A DNA stretch of 63,775 bases, filler included, from Octopus bimaculoides (lineage: Eukaryota): the NCBI RefSeq assembly GCF_001194135.2. It is 4 parts of 4 records of this genome, joined end to end, with 100 filler letters (N's around TTAATTAATTAA, not from the genome) between each part and the next. Parts side by side here need not be neighbours in the genome. Positions count along the whole stretch, not along the records: positions 1 to 25,923 come from NC_068987.1; 3 more parts are not named here. One strand, written 5' to 3'. This document shows, piece after piece, positions 11,688 to 24,269 of this stretch. The notes beneath the pieces were generated by a model that did not search any database, had not been told where the DNA came from, and worked only from the letters and a program-made list of their open reading frames with translations. A program made the translations under genes and the position numbers. The number at the start of each line of letters is the position of its first letter. The stretch's first letter is position 1.

Positions 11688-12265
11688 ATGGGTATGGTTA
11701 TGTGGTTAAGTAGCTCACCTTCCAGCCACATGGTTTCGGGTTCAATCCCCCTGCATGTTACTTTGGCATCTTTTAGTATAGCCCTGGAGCTAATCAATGC
11801 TTGGTGTGTGAATTTGGTAGATGGAAACTGTCGAAGCCAATCATGCATATATTTACAAGTGGATCGTTGGCGATTTTTTTCCTCCTTCTTCCTTTTCTCT
11901 TGGACTTTTTTCTGTCTCCTGTTTCTGAAGAAGAGCTTTGCTCGAAACATAAAACAACCTTTCTTTCCTTCCTTGAATGTCTTTTAATACTTTGCATGTA
12001 ACACGTCCTCGCGTTGTTGTTTTATTCTTGCTGTATTTTTTCTTCGTTTTTTAAAAATTATATATATATGTGTGTGCATAAATCTATATGCGTTTTTGTG
12101 AGTGTGTTTGTACCCTTCCACCGCTTGACAACTGGTGTTGGTTTGCGTAATAAGTACGAGACTTAAAACTTAAGTGTTGAGGTTGATTTCTTCAACTAAA
12201 TCTCTTCAAGACAAAGTCCCGGTCCAAATGGCCGCAATCCAATGACTGAGACCAGTAAAAGATAG
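11688..12265 (+). mobile_element. CORE-type SINE family B interrupted by a hammerhead-bearing fragment
   Basis: Head 11688-11835 (gttatgtggttaagtagc...ggttcaatccc) and tail 12085-12265 separated by unrelated 11860-12050. Confidence 0.65.
11921..11955 (+). ncRNA. Minimal hammerhead motif in a PLE-like short repeat
   Basis: GUUU-CUGAAGA-A-GAGC uuu GCUC-GAAAC-AUA-AAAC; stems I and II pair; ACAU instead of ACGU is consistent with CpG decay. Confidence 0.55.
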
Positions 12266-12701
12266 ATAAAGGTGAACTGAAAGCATCAAAAGATCGAATT
12301 GCATTATGCTTTTGTAACGCATTCAATATTATGTAATGCATTAAATGGCTGGATTTGTACTGCTACTTTAATGGACGAAGTGATACAACATAGTTGTTAC
12401 GGGTGTTGCATTCACAATCTTGCTGTCGTACATTCGATTCCTGAACCTGCTAGTGCTTTGTGATCTTGAGCGAAAGACTTTGCGTTGCTCTGCCATCACT
12501 TCGATGTCTGACGTGTAGTACATTGTGCACCTCTTCAGGCAGCAATGGTTTGATGGAGGGGTGATAACTAATGTACAGCACAAACATTTGATCACTATAA
12601 GCAATTCACCTGTGAGAAGTCGCTCAGTGATATATTGCAGAAGCCTCACTTGTCGTCCACGACAGGTGAGTCCACGAAACATAAACTCGGGCGAAACATA
12701 A

Positions 12702-12848
12702 GGCGGCGAGCTGGCAGAAACTTTAGCACACCGGGCGAAATGCTTAGCAGTATTTCGTCTGCCGCTACGTTCTGAGTTCAAATTCTGCCGAGGTCGAATT
12801 CACCTTTCATACTTTCGGGGTCGATTAAATAAGTACCAGTTACGCACT
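12702..12848 (+). mobile_element. SINE family A
   Basis: ggcggcgagctggcagaaac...ttctgagttcaaattctgccgaggtcg. Confidence 0.85.
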
Positions 12849-13104
12849 ATATATGTATGTATGCAAGCAGGGAGAGAACTCCCTACTATTTAAGCCCCAA
12901 GGCCATCAGACCGCACGCTTTCAACCTCTTTATGATCATCTCCAGTGATGGATACTCGTTCGCTAGACATAGTAGTATCTCACTCCAGCTTGCAATATAT
13001 AGAAAATAAGTGACAACGAGTCACTGATCTTGCAATAAGCAATCTAGCTAGTTAGAAACATCTCTATAAGAGATGAAAGCAGTATTTATACTGGAAAGGA
13101 GTGA

Positions 13105-13194
13105 TTAACGCCACCTAAGCCCGGGTGTTCCCTAGGAACGGACGATACTGCTGTTTTAACCCCAGGCGGAACACCTGTGCTTAGATGGCGTTAA
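13105..13194. repeat. Short inverted repeat (27-bp arms)
   Basis: ttaacgccacctaagcccgggtgttcc (13105-13131) against ggaacacctgtgcttagatggcgttaa (13168-13194), 3 differences. Confidence 0.75.
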
Positions 13195-13581
13195 ATACTA
13201 CTTCTTTACTTTCCATCGTTCAGGAGTAAAAAAATAAGTACCAGTTGAATACTGGGGTCGATAAAATCAAACTGCTGGCTTTGTACCAAAATTGGAAAGA
13301 ATTATAAAGAATTATGTGGATGTTGAAAATATCCAGGGCAAAAGAAATTGAAAATGATACTTTAAAGGATTAAAAGAGAGAGAGAGAGAGATTATCCGAG
13401 GAAAATGTCAGCAGTAATATCGGTGAGGTTAACATCTGCCAAGAATTTAAATCATATAAAGATTGCTATTAATATTAAATAGATATATTTACAATCGATA
13501 ATACCAAGAGAAGAAAGATGGCACCGACAAAAAAACAGATACGAGTGAGTACGGAATAAATGCATAGAAATACACACACGC

Positions 13582-13645
<64 letters not shown>

Positions 13646-16600
13646 NNNNNNNNNNNNNNNNNNNNNNNNNNNNNNNNNNNNNNNNNNNNNNNNNNNNNNN
13701 NNNNNNNNNNNNNNNNNNNNNNNNNNNNNNNNNNNNNNNNNNNNNNNNNNNNNNNNNNNNNNNNNNNNNNNNNNNNNNNNNNNNNNNNNNNNNNNNNNNN
13801 NNNNNNNNNNNNNNNNNNNNNNNNNNNNNNNNNNNNNNNNNNNNNNNNNNNNNNNNNNNNNNNNNNNNNNNNNNNNNNNNNNNNNNNNNNNNNNNNNNNN
13901 NNNNNNNNNNNNNNNNNNNNNNNNNNNNNNNNNNNNNNNNNNNNNNNNNNNNNNNNNNNNNNNNNNNNNNNNNNNNNNNNNNNNNNNNNNNNNNNNNNNN
14001 NNNNNNNNNNNNNNNNNNNNNNNNNNNNNNNNNNNNNNNNNNNNNNNNNNNNNNNNNNNNNNNNNNNNNNNNNNNNNNNNNNNNNNNNNNNNNNNNNNNN
14101 NNNNNNNNNNNNNNNNNNNNNNNNNNNNNNNNNNNNNNNNNNNNNNNNNNNNNNNNNNNNNNNNNNNNNNNNNNNNNNNNNNNNNNNNNNNNNNNNNNNN
14201 NNNNNNNNNNNNNNNNNNNNNNNNNNNNNNNNNNNNNNNNNNNNNNNNNNNNNNNNNNNNNNNNNNNNNNNTATATATATTTATATATTATATATATTTT
14301 TCTAATGTCTTTTCTGCATATTTTACTTTCAAATTTACTTATATAAATTCGTATTGGTATGAAAGCTTGTATAGAAATAATCAGTATATGAATTAAGTTA
14401 TCAAACGAAGTACAACAAATTCATTCATATTTATATAATGGAGGAGATTAGATATTAAAATGGTTTATAGTTTTTATTTTTCATTTTGCTATACAATTGT
14501 TTCATACACAAAGTCTCAAATATTCATAAATAAACAATTGTAATAGTCATATTTGTACTCGTCAGTAGCTGATATAAAAATTAAAAAAGACGCTTGAAGT
14601 ACATAGATTTTCTCTTAGGTATCATGTTGGGATCAGTATAATCTTTCTTGGAGCCCTGTCTATTTGAATCAAGACTAAATAGATATATTAAGTGGATGCT
14701 AATATATGCAATATCAAAAACTGACATTCTCTCTATGAAATCCTATATGTGTCTCTGTTTAAAACTCCTTAAATGAATTTTATTACTGTTCAATCTGTAT
14801 TTGTGTGTACGTTGAGAAATACCAAATAAGGAGGTATATGTATTTTCAAATACAAATTTAGTTTTTTTTTAACTGTCAATTCTCCTTTCGACTTAAGGCA
14901 ATTTTTTTTAGAAAAATTGGTGGTTAGTACTAGTATTAAGGAATAATTTCTAGTTTATCAAATTTATAATTTTAGTATTTATTGTAAATAATAAGTCTAA
15001 TATTCATAGACAAAAATAAATGTTATATGTTGTAATTAATTATCTAGCCACAGATTGATATATTTTTAAGAAGATTTAGAAATAAATATTATACGAGTAA
15101 AACGGTCTAAAAAAGGTGGATTACTTACGTTATAAACTTATATATAATCAGATATAGAGCCATTTAGTATACAAAGAAGGTTTTTTTTTTAGTGTGTGTC
15201 GAAATAGTTGTTTTTATAATAATTGTGTATATTATTTTGTCGTTGAATGCTCGAAATGAGGAGTAGATGGACAGCCGACAACTGATGAAGGGTCCTTTCT
15301 CTGTGTTTACTTGTCCTGTTCTCCACAACTGTATATATATATANNNNNNNNNNNNNNNNNNNNNNNNNNNNNNNNNNNNNNNNNNNNNNNNNNNNNNNNN
15401 NNNNNNNNNNNNNNNNNNNNNNNNNNNNNNNNNNNNNNNNNNNNNNNNNNNNNNNNNNNNNNNNNNNNNNNNNNNNNNNNNNNNNNNNNNNNNNNNNNNN
15501 NNNNNNNNNNNNNNNNNNNNNNNNNNNNNNNNNNNNNNNNNNNNNNNNNNNNNNNNNNNNNNNNNNNNNNNNNNNNNNNNNNNNNNNNNNNNNNNNNNNN
15601 NNNNNNNNNNNNNNNNNNNNNNNNNNNNNNNNNNNNNNNNNNNNNNNNNNNNNNNNNNNNNNNNNNNNNNNNNNNNNNNNNNNNNNNNNNNNNNNNNNNN
15701 NNNNNNNNNNNNNNNNNNNNNNNNNNNNNNNNNNNNNNNNNNNNNNNNNNNNNNNNNNNNNNNNNNNNNNNNNNNNNNNNNNNNNNNNNNNNNNNNNNNN
15801 NNNNNNNNNNNNNNNNNNNNNNNNNNNNNNNNNNNNNNNNNNNNNNNNNNNNNNNNNNNNNNNNNNNNNNNNNNNNNNNNNNNNNNNNNNNNNNNNNNNN
15901 NNNNNNNNNNNNNNNNNNNNNNNNNNNNNNNNNNNNNNNNNNNNNNNNNNNNNNNNNNNNNNNNNNNNNNNNNNNNNNNNNNNNNNNNNNNNNNNNNNNN
16001 NNNNNNNNNATATATATATATATATATACATATATATGTATATATACATATACATACACACATGCATATATACATATACAAATACACCTATACACATGCA
16101 TGTACATTCTTAAATACACATCCTTATATATATATATATATATATATTGATATATATTACTTTCCGTTATACATAGGATAAACTCTATCCAGTGAGTGAT
16201 AAATATTTAATTAAAAATACACAGCATTTAAATACGAGCTACTAATAGTTTATGCTGTGGAAACAATAATTCGGCAGATTCATATACCGTGCCTTGTGTC
16301 TCCAAGCAATCTCTCAGGTTTGAATACACAACATGGCTGTTCTTATTTGAAAATCCGACAAAGGACGCTGGTCTATGTGAAGACACAACGAGGGCAAAAA
16401 AAGTAAATAAAAACAGAAAAAAAGAATGAAAACTAAGCGTTGCACCTCCTTTGTCCGTCGAAGTCATAATTAATATAGCACATTTAGAACAACTCAACAG
16501 AGAGGATCCAAAGTCTGTGAGACAGAATACTCAATCTAGAGGAGAAGGTTCTCTCCAGTTTGAGAAAAGAAATTCGTTTCCGTGGAGACTGAACAAGACG

Positions 16601-17800
16601 ATGGTAATGATGGAAGAAGAGGAAAACAAGACGATGCTCATGAGTTGCAGTTTGAGGAAAGAAGTTGTTAGAGTAAGAGGACTTATGACTAACAGGAAGA
16701 TCAACAGAGAAACGATGCAGGAAGAGATGTGGGTGAGAGGAGGGATTAGAGCAGGATGTTCATGGAAGGAACGACCGTGGTAATACTTATAGAAAAGACG
16801 CAACAAAAGTACATTTCAATGATGAGTCAAAGACTAAGTTGAAAGAAGAGGATCCATTATGATAACAACTCGATCCTGAATTCGATTAAAGAAGACTTTC
16901 AGAGGCGGCACCAGCCTAAGGATGAAAGTAATATTTAATGCAAAGTCGAATGGTGATGCCATAGAGATACATAATATTCTCTGGCGAAAGAAATATGTGA
17001 GATCTCATATTATATTAACGTGTTCGAACTCTTCCAATGATGTCGCAAAAAACTTTAACGAATAGGAGTACATTTTACAAATTCCATTTAATTAACACCC
17101 CAAAATTTGGAAGAATTTGCAGGATTTTTCAAAAGCTAATCACCAAAGCAACGGGGGATATTTTTATAATCTACGTAAAAGTACGTAAAGGAACCTAATG
17201 AACGCCCAATACTGCCATGTTCCCAAATGAATAAAACAATAAAGTGAAATAAAATATATTGGTTCGAATTCCAGTATTTGTCGTCAATTTGGGAATTAAA
17301 GAATTTTTTTTCCTTTGAATATGAATTTGGAAGCTTTTATAGATTCAGTCCAAAAAATTCTTTTAATATTTTAGTATTAAAGGTCGACAGAAGCGGAGAC
17401 GTTAAGCTGTCAAACTAAATGCCCTGCAGTACTTAGGAGTCTTTAACGAACCTCAGACAGTCACAAGTATTCCCTTCTGGCAAGCGTTTCCTCTACAGAA
17501 ATTGATCTGCAAATATTCAAGATGGCCATCAACTGCGTTAATCTAACCAGTCTGAGAGTGTTTGAAAAGTACATAGGCTCACACCTGCCTCCTCTGATGA
17601 ATTTATTAAAGCAAAATTCTTTCTTTATGTTTTGTTCAAATCCTGCTGACCTTTCCATCTTATGAGAGTTTATATAATAATGGACAAGTTATGTACTTGA
17701 TTCGATACAATTGACTAGTCACTTACTCGGCACATTCGTGGTCGACACATTCGTGGTCGACACATTCGTGGCCTTGTTCCAAAGATAGGGGTTAATATTT

Positions 17801-18200
17801 GTTTTTGTTGCTGTTGTTGGCACTCCATCGCTTACGACGTCGAGGCTTCCAGTTGATCCGATCAACGGAACAACCTGCTCGTGAAATTAACGTGCAAGTG
17901 GCTGAGCACTCCACAGACACGTGTACCCTTAACGTGGTTCTCGGGGGGAGATTCAGCGTGACACAGTGTGACAAGGCTGACCCTTTGAATTACAGGCACA
18001 ACAGAAACAGGAAGAAAGAGTGAGAGAAAGTTGTGGTGAAAGAGTACAGCAGGGTTCGCCACCATCCCCTGCCGGAGCCCCGTAGAGCTTTTAGGTGTTT
18101 TCACTCAATAAACACTCACAACACCCGGTCTGGGAATCGAAACCGCGATCCTATGACCGCGAGTCCGCTGCCCTAACCACTGGGCCACTGCGCCTCCACG
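17801..18200 (-). mobile_element. tRNA(Arg-like)-derived SINE family C with 11-bp TSD
   Basis: Minus head gtggaggcgcagtggcccagtggttagggcagcggactcgcggtcataggatcgcggtttcgattccc; ggttaatattt at 17790-17800 and 18202-18212. Confidence 0.85.
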
Positions 18201-18230
18201 AGGTTAATATTTAATTAGTAACTAATGGAA

Positions 18231-18420
18231 TGAGCTGGCAAAATCATCGGTAGCACGACCAGCAAAATGCTTAGCAGTGTTTCGTCCGTCTTTACATTCT
18301 GAGTTCAAATTCCGTCAAGGCTAACTTCGCCTACCATTCTTTCCGAGTCGATGAATTAAATACCAATTGTCTTACTCCGTTTCCCCGAAATTGCTGGCCT
18401 TGTAACAAAATTTGAAGTCA
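18231..18420 (+). mobile_element. SINE family A, diverged
   Basis: tgagctggcaaaatc...ttctgagttcaaattccgtcaagg; degenerate flanking duplication aatattt..tagtaac. Confidence 0.75.
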
Positions 18421-18534
18421 ATATTTGACTAGTAACAAAAATGTTTTTAGTTGACTGAGTTTCTTGAACAAAATCTCTGCGTGCAGATAACGAATGAAGT
18501 GAAGAGATATCAAAACGGAAAAGCAGGAGACGGA

Positions 18535-18925
18535 AAGCTACGATACATTCCGTCGATTACGACGATGAGGGTTCCAGTTGATCCAATCAACGGAACAGCC
18601 TGCTCGTGAAATTAACGTGTAAGTGGCTGAGCACTCCACAGACACGTATNNNNNNNNNNAACGTGTAAGTGGCTGAGCACTCCACAGACACGTATACCCA
18701 TAACGTAGTTCTCGGGGAGATTCAGTGTGACACAGAGTGTGGCAAGGCTGGTCCTTTTGAAATACAGGTACAACAGAAACAAGAAGAAACAGTGAAAGAA
18801 AGTTGTGCTGGAGCCTCGTGGAGCTTTAGGTGTTTTCGCTCAATAAACACTCACAACAGCCGGTCTGGGAATCGAAACCGCGATCCTATGACCACGAGTT
18901 CGCTGCCCTAACCACTGGGCCATTG
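18535..18925 (-). mobile_element. SINE family C, second copy
   Basis: Collinear with 17815-18200; small gap-flanking duplication at 18600-18695. Confidence 0.85.
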
Positions 18926-19164
18926 AAACTAGTGACTGTTTGTATCAGTAAAAAAAGCTTGCAAAGTAAAATAAATTTTTTTGTTGTTCGTCGTTGAGAG
19001 ATAAAAACTGGTAAACCTTTAATCTCACTTCGACAAAGATTTCTGCTCACAACGCTGAATTTCTGTCCTTCCTAATAACTCTTAGAAATAGCAGCCAAAC
19101 TTCTCTTAAACCACACGAACGTCTTGGAAAAGGACGGACACGTTAGTCAGTGTAGTTAGCTCTG

Positions 19165-19590
19165 TCTTTTGTCTTTTATGTTTTACTTGTTTCAGTCATT
19201 AGACTGCGGCCACGCTAGGGCACCGCCTTGAAGAATTTTAGTCGAACCACAGTACTTATATTTTTTTAAAGCATGGCACTTACTCTATCGGTGTTTTTTC
19301 CCGAACCTTTAAGGTACGGGGACACAAACACATCAATACCGGTTGTCAAGCGGTGAGGGGAGGGATAAACACAGACAAACAGACACACAAACGCATATAT
19401 ATATAGACACACAAACGTATATATACGACGGGCTTCTTTCAGTTTCCGTCTACCAAATCCACTCACAAGGCTTTGGTCGGCCGAAGCTATAGTAGAAGAC
19501 GCTTGCCCAAGGTGCCAGACAGTGGGACTAAACCCGGAACCATGTGGTTGGGAAGCAAACGTCTTACCACACAGCTACACCCGCGCCTAT
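19165..19590 (-). mobile_element. CORE-type SINE family B, near full length
   Basis: Head, CORE-like accttgggcaagcgtcttctactatagc, microsatellite middle and tail on the minus strand. Confidence 0.85.
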
Positions 19591-20643
19591 AGATATATAC
19601 GAAAATACGGGATGTTGAAGGAAAGAGGAGAAAACGATAAGGGAAGAAAGGGGTGTTAATAATATAAGAGAGAAAGAGAGAGGGAGAACGAGAGAGTGAA
19701 ATAAAGAGAGAGAAAGACAGAAAGAAAGAGAGTGAGAGGCAGTAAGAGAAGCTTACTGCTCAATCAGGCTTGTCATGAGGCAAAACAACAACAACAACAA
19801 CAATTAGGAAAAACAACAGTAGCAGCAGCAACGGAAACGTCATGAACATGAAGATTGACCAAAGCAACCAAAGAACTGGTTACAGCTAAAGTTAGGGTCG
19901 CTGATTTATTTTACCCGTCTATGAATTCTATTTTTTTCAAAAGACTGAAGCTTTAAGAAAATTGAAAAAAAATCAACAATTTTAGAGACGTAAAATCATA
20001 ATGAAAAATAGCTGAAAATCTGTAGACAAGAGAAATATGTTAGGAAAAAAATGTCTACATATTGTAGGGAAATAATAGAATCAGATTTGAAAACCATACT
20101 TATGCCGTCTAAGGAATTTCATTCTTATTTGTAAATATATATATAGAAAATAAGAATTGTTCTCTATTGAAATAGAGATTCAGATTCGCAAAAGTTATTG
20201 AGTCAAGGATCAAAAAAAATATATAAAGCAACAAAAACTCCAACATCTTTATTGAGAAGGAAGATCGTAAACAAGAGTTGAGCCTAAAAAATCTTTATTG
20301 TGTTCGGAAGCCGCATACGTCCTATTAGAAGTCAACTATGAATTGGTTTCATATTTCTTAGAAGGAAATATATTTATTTATTCGTTTAACGGCGTATTTC
20401 TATTTTCATATTCATCGAAATCCTCATTTATATTCTGAATCATTCAAGTGATTTTGTTTGCAGAAATACCGAAGATAAATTGATAATTTATCCATTGCAT
20501 TCTTCATCACTTCTTATATACTACAAATCCTTGTTATTTAAGAAACATCTTTTTATTGTAGCTCCTCGCTAAGTAGAATAATTATATAACATACTGATTA
20601 TTATTTTCTTAATTAAAATTATTATTATTTTGGTTAAAGAAAA

Positions 20644-21487
20644 GGACTTTATAATCTGTTCTTAAAAATAGCACCTCTGAAAAGAAAAAGAAAAGTATCA
20701 GCTAATTATACGATGTTATATAAAATGTTTGAATGCGTATATTTGTGTTGTTCGTGAGAGGAATAAAGACTTCTTTTCACAGTGTTCGAAGGCTAATGTT
20801 AGTAGTAGCGGCGGTGGTGCGGAATTCCGTGATTTCACCTCAAATATTTCCAAGGGATGTGAGCACACTAACAGTTAAGTGAAATGCTTTCACCTCTTCA
20901 GAAGGTTATGTTGTTGTTTAGTTTTAGACCAGTCTTGAATAAACAGATCTATAACCAAAGGCTTTCCCGTCTTCAACACGCTGTCTTTAGAGAAGTATAT
21001 AGGATTATTTACGTTGTGTCCTTTCCTAAAGGCGATGAGCTGGCAAAATCTTTACCGTTCTGGGAAAATACTTAACAGCATTTCTTCCGATTTTACGTTC
21101 TAAGTTTAAATACCACCGAGGTCGACTTTGCTTTTGATCCTTTCGGGTCGACAAAATAAGTACAAGTTGAGCACTGGGGTTTGTTTATTCAAGGTTGATC
21201 TAAAACTAAACAACAACGACAACATAAGCTTTTGTAGAGGTGAAAGTATTTCACTTAACTTTTACTGTGCTCACATCTCTTGGAAATATTTAAGTTGAAA
21301 TCACGGAATTGCACACCACCGCCGCTGCCACCACTATCATTGGCCTTCGAATGCTGTGAAAAGAAGTCTTTATTTCTCTCACGAACACCACAAATACACA
21401 CATTCAAACGGTTTATATAACATCGTATAATTAGCTATTTTTTTTCCTTTTCAGAGGTGCTATTTTTAAGAACAGTTAATAAAGACC
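20644..21487. repeat. Long inverted repeat (~300-bp arms), foldback/MITE-like
   Basis: 20644-20944 is a diverged reverse complement of 21183-21487 (e.g. ctgttcttaaaaatagcacctctgaaaag / cttttcagaggtgctatttttaagaacag). Confidence 0.85.
21029..21185 (+). mobile_element. SINE family A inside the loop of the long inverted repeat
   Basis: aaggcgatgagctggcaaaatc...ccgaggtcgactttgcttttgatcctttcgggtcg. Confidence 0.8.
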
Positions 21488-22414
21488 TCTTCTTGTGTCA
21501 AAATTTGAAACCAATGTGTCCTTTCCTTATTTCAAGACTGTATGACCGATTCAAAGTAATTTGACTGCTTTTTACATCGGATCGAATAACCATTTAAGAG
21601 GATTCCTCACTGTCTCTTTGATTGTTTGCTGCTCTTGTCACTGAAGCCAGCTGACTAGCTTTTAGATGTCATATCACTTTCTTTTCTCTAGTATTTGCTA
21701 CGCCATCTTTTTGTGCCTTGAAGTTTAGACGAGTAATGTTTGTCTCATCTTCTTATCTCTTCTCAGAGTTTACGGCTTTTATTCATCAGAATCTTTGATG
21801 AGAAATGAGGGAAGAGTAAACCAGTAACGTAGTTGGAGACCGACGCTGCTGCCCACCTGCAGGTGAGGCTTTTATGGATCTTTTCTGCTGTTGTTACAGT
21901 TTTCGAAATTACAAAATTAAGTGAAATCTTTCAAATATGGTATATTGATGTAGTTTTTCACACTAAATCTGATTTTGTCATTCACTTGTTCCAGAAGAAC
22001 TTTAGAAAAATGTTACAGAGCTTAATAATTTTTATTCAATCAGAAAATAGGATTTGGGAGCTGGCATTTTCTGCGTCATAGACATCTATCACAACATTAT
22101 CGACGACAAGCTTTTATTAAACAAAATGAAGGCAATATATTACGACAACGAAAATTATAAGAGGTTTGCTCATATTTTTCTGTATAGTGTCTCTAGAAAT
22201 ATTTTTCTAAAATTTTGAGGAAATGTTATCAAAATGTTACAATGTCCTTCGTTTTTACTCAAACGTGTTGTAAAATAATTAAATGAAATCTTATCTTTCC
22301 TTGTAAATAAGTTTAAGGTGATAAGAACGAATAATAAACACCGAATTCCTTGGAAAGCTATAACGCATCCAAAGATAGAGCGATGACAAAAACACCACAC
22401 CCCGTTCACGCCAA

Positions 22415-22481
<67 letters not shown>

Positions 22482-23262
22482 TGCAATAAGGAAGAAAGAA
22501 AAGTCGATAGATATCACAGATTAGTTTGGGAGGTTAAGCAGTTGTGGTCGATGTAAAAGGTGGTAGTAGTACCAATAATTGTCGGAGCTCTAGGAACAGC
22601 GAGTAAAAATCTTCAGAATCATCAGGAGAGTAATAGATAGTTGAAGAGGCGGATTGACCCATGGCCATAGACTTCTGTTCCTGATGATGGTTTGAAATTT
22701 TTGCTTATGCTCGAAACAACAGCTCGTAATGCGACATCACTGCTGTTGAAATAGCAGTCTCCGAGAGTTGCTGTTGTTGTTGGCGCAGTTACTTACCACC
22801 TCTCCTTGTCTCTTTTCATTCAAGCTCCTTAGAGAAGAAACCTTGATGTCCCTTACTGTCACGCGTATACCAACTGGGATCACTACCCTCTTTTGCCAAT
22901 CTCATTGCTTTTGTCTTTGAACTCCTAACAGGACATCTCAAGAATAGTTCTGTGATTTTCGGATGTCATTATGACTTGTATGTTCATATTGCACTCCTCC
23001 ACATGATTTTTAATCATCTTTGTGCTCACCATCCGCTCATTTTGTGTTACAGGTAGAGGTCACTATTACCAGCAATGTCCCTGGTTACGACTGTTATTTT
23101 CACTGACCCATTTATTATTGTATGAACATATCTAGTCCTCATTCTTAAAAACTGGGTGAAGACTTCCGTATATTCAGCGTGGAAAATGGAGACCCCATCG
23201 CTTTATACATCGGACAGAACATCCAAAATTTATCTTTGAGGGCGCACACTGAACGTTCTTAC

Positions 23263-23441
23263 AATTTTCAAGGAACAGGTGTATGGTACAGTTCTCCTTA
23301 TTCGCTTTTGGATAAATTCCTTAGACAAGCAATCACAATTTTGGTGATACACCACTTCTACATCCTCTTCTCTGATATGATTGATGCCATATTCAAAATC
23401 TTGCCCCTGGCTAGCAAATACAGCAAAACCTATTGTCATTC
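23263..23441 (-). CDS. Candidate isolated coding exon, product unknown
   Basis: Minus strand tattttgactttaacAG|GAATG ... AAAATT|GTAAGA; 179 bp, only one frame open: MTIGFAVFASQGQDFEYGINHIREEDVEVVYHQNCDCLSKEFIQKRIRRTVPYTCSLKI; no family recognised. Confidence 0.25.
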
Positions 23442-23587
23442 CTGTTAAAGTCAAAATATACGAGTGTGAATACTTTGTGTTTTTGTTGATGTTGTGTTTT
23501 TCCCAACGTTTCTCTCGAATTGTCCCCACTTCTGCCCTCCTCAATAGAAATGCTAGTATTTTATCTTTTAAAGTATGTTTGTGTACA

Positions 23588-23802
23588 AGGTGGTGAGCTG
23601 GCAGAAACGTTAGTACGCCGGGCAAAATGTTTAGCGGTATTTCATTTGTGTTTACGTTCTGAGTTCAAATTCCACCGAGGTCGACTTTGCCTTTCATTCT
23701 TTCAGGGTCGATAAATTAAGTACCAATTGCGTACTGGGGTCGATCTAATCGACTGGCAACCCACCCCCAACAACAAATTTCGGGCCTTGTCCCTAGAGTA
23801 GA
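23588..23802 (+). mobile_element. SINE family A with 12-bp TSD
   Basis: Full head, body and tail; aaagtatgtttg at 23570-23581 and 23803-23814. Confidence 0.9.
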
Positions 23803-24184
23803 AAAGTATGTTTGCATAATTTTCACTAAAATATTTTTGTTCATTTCCTTTTCTTGTTTGTTCTCTTTGTAGTCGCGTTCCTCTTCAATATTTCCGGTAG
23901 AGGAGAGTTACCATTATATCTAGCAGCCATTTCAAGAAAATGTAAACAAGAATAAATTTTCTATGACTAAAATATGTATTCCCATGCTAAACAAGAACAA
24001 AACAAACAAACAGGTGAAAGAACTTCTCACTTTTCTATGCGCGAGTTTACAAGTCACGACACTGAAATTAATTCACCTGTCAGAAAGAAAAAAAAAATCA
24101 ACATGTAAATTAAAACGAGAGCGACACATAAACACATCTTACTTAGTGCAAGACAGACCAATAATGAGAGAACCGCAGCCACCC

Positions 24185-24216
<32 letters not shown>

Positions 24217-24238
24217 CAACAACAACAGCAGCAGCAGC

Positions 24239-24269
<31 letters not shown>

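Noticed and set aside
12368-12781. 137-aa minus-strand ORF
   Set aside because: N-terminus is antisense SINE A; the remainder has no motif I recognise
14290-15150. AT-rich stretch with faint PLE-like peptides on the minus strand
   Set aside because: Too decayed to support a call by eye
16330-17050. Purine-rich region with a 110-aa ORF
   Set aside because: No recognisable domain, stops in alternative frames and no convincing splice pair
17735-17775. 15-bp triple repeat and other short arrays as CRISPR-like
   Set aside because: No unique spacers, no cas genes, eukaryotic context
18600-18695. Short duplications flanking tiny gaps (also 56085-56180 and 63130-63200)
   Set aside because: Typical unmerged contig overlaps
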